A DNA stretch of 64,000 nucleotides from Eledone cirrhosa (lineage: Eukaryota). The stretch covers positions 178,002,001 to 178,066,000 of the forward strand of contig OZ024742.1 of NCBI GenBank assembly GCA_964016885.1, in the 5' to 3' direction. The notes under the pieces were generated by a model that searched no databases, was not told the DNA's origin, and saw only the letters and a program-made list of their open reading frames with translations. A program made the position numbers and the translations under genes. Of the stretch, positions 54,387 to 64,000 are shown piece by piece (the first letter of the stretch is position 1; each line of letters starts with the position of its first letter).

Positions 54387-54390
<4 letters not shown>
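53519..54390. mobile_element. HHR monomer of about 318 bp, arranged as an inverted (minus) unit plus about 1.5 tandem plus-strand units
   Basis: Direct repeats at 53519/53837 and 53923/54224; 53519-53850 is the reverse complement of 54070-54390; (TA)n on both sides. Confidence 0.85.
53917..53962 (+). ncRNA. Minimal type I hammerhead ribozyme, canonical core
   Basis: GGCT-CTGATGA-ACA..TGT-GAAAC-AGATCT-GTC-AGCT with stem III palindrome ACAGATCTGT. Sister copies at 54218-54263 (+) and 53681-53726 (-) carry core mutations. Confidence 0.85.
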
Positions 54391-54451
<61 letters not shown>

Positions 54452-54459
<8 letters not shown>

Positions 54460-54900
54460 GACGTAAATAAGAAAGTTATGAAAATTGACTTACTTACTAA
54501 AATTTCGCTCCAACTAATTAGTTTCTGTAAGGGGATAAATATGGTTACGGAGCGTATCCACAGAGAAACCTTACGTCATCAGGGAGTCTATTCTCAGCTA
54601 AGCTTCCAGGCAATGCGAGGACACTGGGAACTTATATAAAAATAATTCAGTGGATGGAAAAAAGAGAGCGGGAACTAGATTCCAAGACACTGAAAAATTC
54701 ACTGCCTACTTGGTCAAGTGGCAAATTCAAAAGAATCAATCACTATATTTATCCCCTTACAGAAACTAATTAGTTGGAGTGAAATTTTAGTAAGTAAGTC
54801 AATTTTCATAACTTTCTTATTTACGTCTTTCATATAATTGTTCTGCATCCCCTTGCATAGAACCACAATGTTACTAAGACAAAACATATATATTTGCTAG
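54452..54900. mobile_element. Inverted-repeat element (near-perfect arms of about 90 bp) carrying a hammerhead; Penelope pLTR-like
   Basis: 54452-54542 versus 54745-54836; in (TA)n context. Confidence 0.75.
54508..54586 (-). ncRNA. Type I hammerhead with extended stem II
   Basis: Minus strand: CTCC-CTGATGA-cGTAAGG...CCTTACa-GAAAC-TAATTA-GTT-GGAG; stem III palindrome ACTAATTAGT. Confidence 0.7.
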
Positions 54901-54938
54901 CATAGGTATGTATACATATGTTGGTAGATATACTAATT

Positions 54939-55119
<181 letters not shown>

Positions 55120-55604
55120 TAATTGGCGGACCAGGCGTATTTAACAATGCCAGGACCGGTTGCATTTCATCGTATTCAATAGATAATGTAGAATACATTC
55201 CAGAATATACAAATAGTTATTCGCTTCAACACAACACATGTAAACGTGTGTCTATATTAGTTCCCGGACTCGAGTTTCAGCCACACTTAATGCAGCAATA
55301 GGGTGCACTGCACCCTCTGTCTGCATATATTATGCAACAATGCATAATCAGCGCATGTGGGTTCATCAGCGGGTATCGCCTAATTCATCGACAATCGATC
55401 CTCAGAGTTCAACCCCTGTCCAGGCCGGCTATGACTATATGTGACGTCCGACACAGTAAAGTGATTAGCAACTGGAATCTAATACAACTCCGTCCCCCGA
55501 TCAGCGACCGATTTACAAATTTACGTGGTGGCAGGAGATTAGAAAATAAATATTTCCGCTCCCGAAAATACCAAACGATATTATTATCCACTCTTATATA
55601 TACT

Positions 55605-55670
<66 letters not shown>

Positions 55671-55671
<1 letters not shown>

Positions 55672-55772
55672 AGGGTGTCCCAAAAAATGTATACACACTT
55701 CAATAGCATTCTAATAAACATTTACAGTACAGGTAATCAATGTGTGTGTATACATTTTTGGAAGACACTCTG
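55671..55772. mobile_element. Tc1/mariner-type MITE (102 bp)
   Basis: TA on both flanks; TIRs CAGGGTGTCCCAAAAAATGTATACACAC / GTGTGTATACATTTTTGGAAGACACTCTG. Confidence 0.8.
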
Positions 55773-55806
55773 TATATATATATATATAGATATATATAAT
55801 ATATAT

Positions 55807-55865
<59 letters not shown>

Positions 55866-55867
<2 letters not shown>

Positions 55868-56135
55868 AAATGGAATTGGTAACTTCACCGTATTTTTCTA
55901 TTGCAGAAAATAGTCTAATAATAACAGACCGCATAAAACCTTACATCTAATCACAATGGGCATTAGCGTGCACGAGAATCGAACCCACGCCTCCTATTTT
56001 CGCGATTAGTGTATTATCCGATTACATCAACTTGCTAATGCCTATTGATTTTCGTTGTAGGCTCTTATACTCTATGTCATTGTTATACTATTTTCTTTAA
56101 TAAAACAAATACGGTGAAGTTACTAATTCAATTCA
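55866..56135 (-). mobile_element. tRNA-like sequence (55965-56036, minus) enclosed by diverged inverted repeats of about 95 bp
   Basis: A-box-like TGATGTAATCGG and B-box GGTTCGATTCT; arm ends GAATTGGTAACTTCACCGTATTT / AAATACGGTGAAGTTACTAATTC and GGCATTAGC / GCTAATGCC. Confidence 0.6.
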
Positions 56136-56178
56136 ATGTTTCAACTCCACCACCTCTTTTAATCACGTGATGTTTATA

Positions 56179-56213
<35 letters not shown>

Positions 56214-56221
56214 AAACATAT

Positions 56222-56313
<92 letters not shown>

Positions 56314-56789
56314 CCCTATCAATTTATGAAATTAACCACAGGAAACTACGAGCTAAATATCACAAAAGAACCAGAGAATCCATTGTATTTAACCGTATCA
56401 CTGTATCACCATTCTATATTTCTGTTGTTTTTCAAACGAAATGTACTGGATATAGATATTTATTCATAAATGTCAAGGCTAAAAGCAAAGAACGACATGG
56501 CATGATGACAGTTCCTGTGGTTTCTAAATCTTAACTGGAAACTTGTTACTCGGACTCGTTCACCATTATATCAACAACCACCACCACCACACCTGCACAC
56601 GTAGAAACACACTAGCTATTGTTTGGAGTTTCGTACAAAGAATATAAGTTAACATGAGCAGAACAACATCGATTGTAATATATTTCTTTTACTAAGAAAT
56701 ATGGTAGATAATAATATCGTTTGGTATTTATGAAGTCACGCATTCGATCTCATTTCGCGGCATTTGGGGCAAATGTATGTACCGTTGAA

Positions 56790-57045
56790 TCGAGTAAAAC
56801 TAAGACTTTTGAGTGAAACTGAGCAGACGGAAACTGAATTGTACAAGATTCCGCCTTGGATGGAAGCTAGTCCCTTGCAGGGTTAATTCACCCCACCACC
56901 AGCTATCGCTGGTACTTAGTTTCAGCTGAGTGTAATGAAGTAAACTGAAATGAACTGTTTTGCTCAAAAACACATCATGACACCTGGTCCAGGAATCCAA
57001 TCCACGGGATGATGATCGTAAGTCCAGCACGCACCCTAACCACAC
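56790..57045 (-). mobile_element. tRNA-derived SINE, family C, diverged
   Basis: Minus strand GTGTGGTTAGGGTGC.TG.ACTTACGATCAT...GGATTGGATTCCTGGACC..GTGTTTTTGAGCAAAACA.TT.ATTTCA; related piece at about 18640-18765. Confidence 0.55.
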
Positions 57046-57606
57046 GCGCAGGTTTACATGTGTCTAAAAAATATGCAAACTATAACCATGTTAATTCACG
57101 AATTACCTGTTCCGGTGATCGAGCAAATGAATGCTCATCGTCGAAAACAACGACAGTTCCATCATTATATTTATCTCAAAGAAACAAGGAGAAAACCTCT
57201 CACCATCAACTTTGTTAGTTAAATATTCGACCAAATAATGTTCAGGATAGATTCTTAAGGAACATAATATAAATGAATCCAATGCTATTTTTAAGCTATA
57301 GTACATTTTTCGAAATGCCTGTAAGAAAGATGAAGGGAACATTGATAAGGTAGTAATCACAACAGATGGACAATTGGAAGACCACGAGCAAGATCATAAA
57401 CTCGGGTGGTCTCACTGGCGTATAAGATCATATTATTTGCAGATGGTTGCTTCCGAAAGGAACCTCATAAAAGTATGTCTGAAGACTCAACTCCCACCAC
57501 ACTCCCAGGTAGAAGAAGAAGAAGAAGAAGAAGAAGAAGAAGAAGAAAAAGGTATATATATATGTGTGTGTGCAAATATATACATATATGCAAATATATA
57601 CACCTG

Positions 57607-57965
57607 TAGTGGCGGACTGGGTCTAAAAATATTGGTTGCCAGGAGATGAAGGGTTCACACCTACATATAGAATGTTATCATTTAATTTTTATAATGAATA
57701 AATAACATTTTCAAAAAATACATAAGTGGAAACAAAACAGAGCAATCAAATTTTTGTGGGAAAAATATCTTACCTTCTCCAATAAAAGATATTATGTATT
57801 TTGCGAAATCCAGAGACTTTTAATAATGACCTTTGATCTTTCACACTAACTCAATATATATATATATATATGGGAGTGCGTGTACATGTGTATATATAGA
57901 GAGATTTATATATATGTATACATGACGTTTTCAACTTGTACAAAAATTCCAGAGATCTAATTGAT

Positions 57966-58017
<52 letters not shown>

Positions 58018-58427
58018 AAAGAATAGAGGTGTATCACACGAGTTGTGATATATTAGTAAAAGGAAAAAAAATGCTGACAACTTTTTCCCAATGAAAAATA
58101 GTTTAATTAGGAATAAGTAAAAATGAGTAATAAGTATTGGTTAGTATTCATTTTTAGCTTTAAGTTTTTACCGGTTGCGCATTTCTAATGCTTTTCAAAA
58201 ATAATTTTGAGATAGAGCGCCCGTGATGTTTGCTCTAATCCAGATTAGAGCAAACATCACGGGCGCTCTATCTCAAAATTATTTTTGAAAAGCATTAGAA
58301 ATGCACAATCGGTAAAAACTTAAAACTAAAACTGAATACTAACCAATACTTATTACTAATTTTTACTTATTCCTAATTAAACTATTTTTCATTGGGAAAA
58401 AGTTGGCAGCATTTTCTTTTCCTTTTA

Positions 58428-58466
<39 letters not shown>

Positions 58467-58811
58467 TTGAATGTCTGTGTTATATATGTATGTTTGCATG
58501 CATGTATGAATACACTACGCTTTAGATTTAGTAGAATGTAGAACCTCTGATTCCAGCTATTTGCGCTATCATATATTTCGGTTTCTATTAATTAACTGGA
58601 GAATTAGTTGATCAAATGCTTTGCTTAATTATTTTATTTATTTTTAAAAAATGTTTATTCATTCTCTTAGACTTCAAGTATTTTTTCAAAGCTCACCATT
58701 GGCCCCTAAAACACTACAGTGGGCCCTGCAATGCTACCGCGGGCCCCTGCAAAGCTATCGTGGGGCCCTGGGGCCCACTTACCATTGGGCAACCTGGCCG
58801 GTCCGCCATTA
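57607..58811. mobile_element. Putative non-autonomous hAT element with nested insertions
   Basis: TIRs TAGTGGCGGACTGG / CCGGTCCGCCATTA (12 of 14 match) and clustered subterminal GGGCCC motifs; no clear TSD. Confidence 0.5.
58048..58435. repeat. Long palindrome, arms about 193 bp, 2-nt spacer (58241-58242)
   Basis: ...GTTTGCTCTAATC ca GATTAGAGCAAAC...; the inner about 60 bp are perfect. Confidence 0.92.
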
Positions 58812-59913
58812 TATATATATATTATTTGTTTGTTAGAATAATCAAATTAAATTAATTCAATAGTTAAACACAAATGGAAATAATAAGACTCTCCAAAGAG
58901 CCAGAAGATTGACATGTCGACACTAAGTATCACTAATAGCTCTAGGAAAGCCACATCATCTTATCTTTGATTTTGAAAGTAGGGTTATAATTATTAATTT
59001 TCATAATATCTTTGTAGCTGTCTCGGCGGCCTAGTTGGAGGAATCTTAGACGGTGGTGATCCTGGTCTGATGTTCGATCCTGGTCGAGAGTAGGGTTCCC
59101 ATTAAAACTTTTCAATTTTTTCTATGGGATGTAAAATAAAAACTGAAAAAGATTACATGAACCCAAGATCAGTATCTCCACCGTCTCTTGTACCTATCGC
59201 TAGTCCTATGAGACAGCTACCAAAATCTATTGAAAATTCATACTTAGAAACCTACTTTTAAAATGTTCAATAGAAAATCATGTGGTGTTGTTCGTGTATT
59301 TCTTAATGTTATTGCCCCTACGTAAGGTCGACTTCTAAATCATTTAGGTGTTCCATAAACTACATCCTCGTTTTGTTTCTCATCTATCTAGACTATATGT
59401 TAACCTATAATCCATGTTTCATTTCTGTTGCACCTCATCTCTCTCCCTCTCTTCCCCTCTCTCTCTCTCTCTATCTCTCTATCTCTCACTATTTCAATCT
59501 ACTATGATTTGAGTTTACTTTATTCATACATATATGTTTTTGCATTATCAGATTCACACTTACAATGAGTGGGATTATATATACATATATATTTTTAAAA
59601 AAAGGAAAAGAATGACTTCACTTGTAGTGTTAAGCAATTTTTGATTTAATTTCATAATATTATAATATTATGAGTTGGAAGATCCAGTAAGTTCAGTACA
59701 GCATAGACGAAGCTCTAGTATACGGCCAATCTAGCGTGTATGCTTATTCAGTCTGTAGCTTTAGCACTCGGATGAGGTAAGACCCCAGAGTAATAACATT
59801 ATGTTCAGACAGCTTAGCAAATCAGATATAGCAGTCGGCAGTCCGACCGCATTACCAGAGCAACGAAAATACAATATATATATGTTAACCTATAATCCAT
59901 GTTTCATTTCTGT

Positions 59914-59984
<71 letters not shown>

Positions 59985-60099
59985 TGAGTGATGGAGAGAG
60001 AGAGACTGATTGAGATAGGGGGAGAGATTGGAAATAACACGGAAATATATATTGAAGGGGCTGAGGGGCTGTTTTCTTTTTTTCCTTTCTTTGATTCAT

Positions 60100-62132
<2,033 letters not shown>

Positions 62133-62134
<2 letters not shown>

Positions 62135-62665
62135 AGTCTGAGGCCCGTACATCAGCACAGACTTCACTACAGCAACGAAGAGACGAATCTTCAGATCTTT
62201 ACGAAGGTCCGACTTCCACACCGCTCTCAAACTGCGGCATAACGCCCAGGCTTTGCTCTTCCTCTCGACCACATCATCTTCTGTATTCCCAATCTTTGCT
62301 CCCTGATACAGGAAGTCCTCAACTAATTCTAGCGGCTTCCCACCTACACTAATAATCATCTCTGGCTTCTTAATATTCTCTACCAGATACTTTGTCTTAA
62401 TTTCATTCATTCTCAGCCCCACACTCATCGACATAGTCTCAGCCTCCTTCATCAACTCCTCTGCCTCCTTCACTATTTATCACCAGAACTATGTCGTCGG
62501 CAAATTCAGCATGAACACACTGGAAGAGGAAACCGCGGATGACATATGTTGATGCTCTAAGAACAGACACTGGTCTCTTTGAGACGTAGGACATGGCAGC
62601 GATGATGAGGGACAGAGACCGCTAGAGAGAACTCGTCCATGGATCTCGAGAATTTTACCCACCCT
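62133..62665. mobile_element. RTE-X-like LINE 3' fragment with 5' inversion
   Basis: Minus 62133-62508: EFADDIVL...VGLRMN..KTKY...LELVEDFLY.G......DV..RKSKAW.....L..VWKSDL...LKIRLF.A.V.SVL.YG. Plus 62510-62665: RKPRMTYVDALRTDTGL...MAAMMRDRDR*R. Confidence 0.75.
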
Positions 62666-62666
62666 A

Positions 62667-62701
<35 letters not shown>

Positions 62702-62704
<3 letters not shown>

Positions 62705-62833
62705 ATTAAAAAAACAGATTAAAGTTTAAGCAAAGAATCGGTGCTTTCACCCTTAACGGGATCTTTCAGAAGATCCCGTTAAGGATGAAAGCACCGATTC
62801 TTTGTTTAAACTTTAATTTGTTATTTTAATAAA
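62702..62833. repeat. Palindrome, arms about 64 bp, 4-nt spacer
   Basis: ...CTTTCACCCTTAACGGGATCTT tcag AAGATCCCGTTAAGGATGAAAG... Confidence 0.85.
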
Positions 62834-62995
62834 TATTTGCTCTACGGTTCTTATATATTTGATATATATTTATCCTTATCGAGCCCTCTTTGGATTTTAG
62901 TCTTGAAATGTATTCAGTCTGTGGGAATGTTGTGAACTTATATATATAAATATATATATATATAAATATATATATATATAAATATATATATATAC

Positions 62996-63077
<82 letters not shown>

Positions 63078-63315
63078 GATGTATGTCTGTATATCGACCG
63101 GTGCGTATAGATGTGTTTGTGTGAGCTGCCTTACTTCTGAATTATCCCTGAAGCTGCATATGTTGTTTTAAAGCCGTAGGAAAAACGTGTAAAACAAGTT
63201 TGTTGTTTACTGGTTGCGGAAATGTAATACAAAGGGGAACAGTTTTACTTATAAATAATACTTCTTATACATCAATGTATCATGTATACACACACACAGA
63301 CCCATACACACACAG

Positions 63316-63425
<110 letters not shown>

Positions 63426-63470
63426 GTATGTGTGTATATTTACACACAGAAATATAGGCATATGTGTGTG

Positions 63471-63565
<95 letters not shown>

Positions 63566-64000
63566 ATATTTACACACAGAAATATAGGCATATGTGTGTA
63601 TGTAGGTATGTATATAAATATATGTTATTTTTGTTTTGCTTTGTTTTTAAGTATCTGTTGTTTCGGTTTATTTTTATATTTCTGGAGTTGTTTGTTCCTA
63701 AGTAATTTTTCCTTTGATATTTCTGATATTTCTGTTTAGGGAAAATTTCATTTCTTTCTGAGAAAGATGCAATGTAATATTTTATTGAATTTCTTTAAAT
63801 TTCTTGAAGAAATGTTATTTGCGAGTATCTTATATAAACTTATATTCAAACTTGCATCCATTGGATGTTTTTCACAAATAATTCCTTTTTCAATTGTTAT
63901 GGATTTAAGAAGGAAATTGCAGCTACTTGAAAAGCTGTAGATCTATACTTATTATATGAAGAACTAAAGCTGTACAACTTTGTACCGTTTCCCTATATAA

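Noticed and set aside
55965-56036. Functional tRNA gene
   Set aside because: The acceptor and anticodon stems are poorly paired; treated as a tRNA-derived repeat, like the SINE heads.

Overview
Eukaryotic, AT-rich, microsatellite-dense intergenic or intronic DNA. The SINE families and the (TA)n/(CA)n density suggest an octopus or other cephalopod (inference). No host protein-coding gene can be supported, and nearly all ORFs in the track are microsatellite artefacts. The real coding remnants are decayed retroelements: a Dong/R4-type 3' end (1-1190), a CRE-type 3' end (about 6.1-6.4 kb), a near full-length L1/Tx1 element (about 8.6-13.9 kb, minus), a CR1-like fragment, RTE and RTE-X fragments, a near full-length RTE-BovB-like LINE (about 37.8-42.1 kb, minus) and Penelope GIY-YIG fragments. 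There are also many tRNA-derived SINEs and a few hAT and Tc1/mariner MITEs. The main discovery is a dense, diverse set of type I hammerhead ribozyme (HHR) motifs with palindromic stem III. They sit in non-coding tandem or inverted repeats inserted in (TA)n tracts, i.e. retrozyme-like units or Penelope pseudo-LTRs. A 591-595 bp tandem monomer present at two loci (4 ribozyme copies) and several unrelated families carry the non-canonical but compensated U3-A8 core (UUGANAA instead of CUGANGA), often with a long stem II, so standard CUGANGA searches would miss them. All folds were read by eye, and activity is untested.
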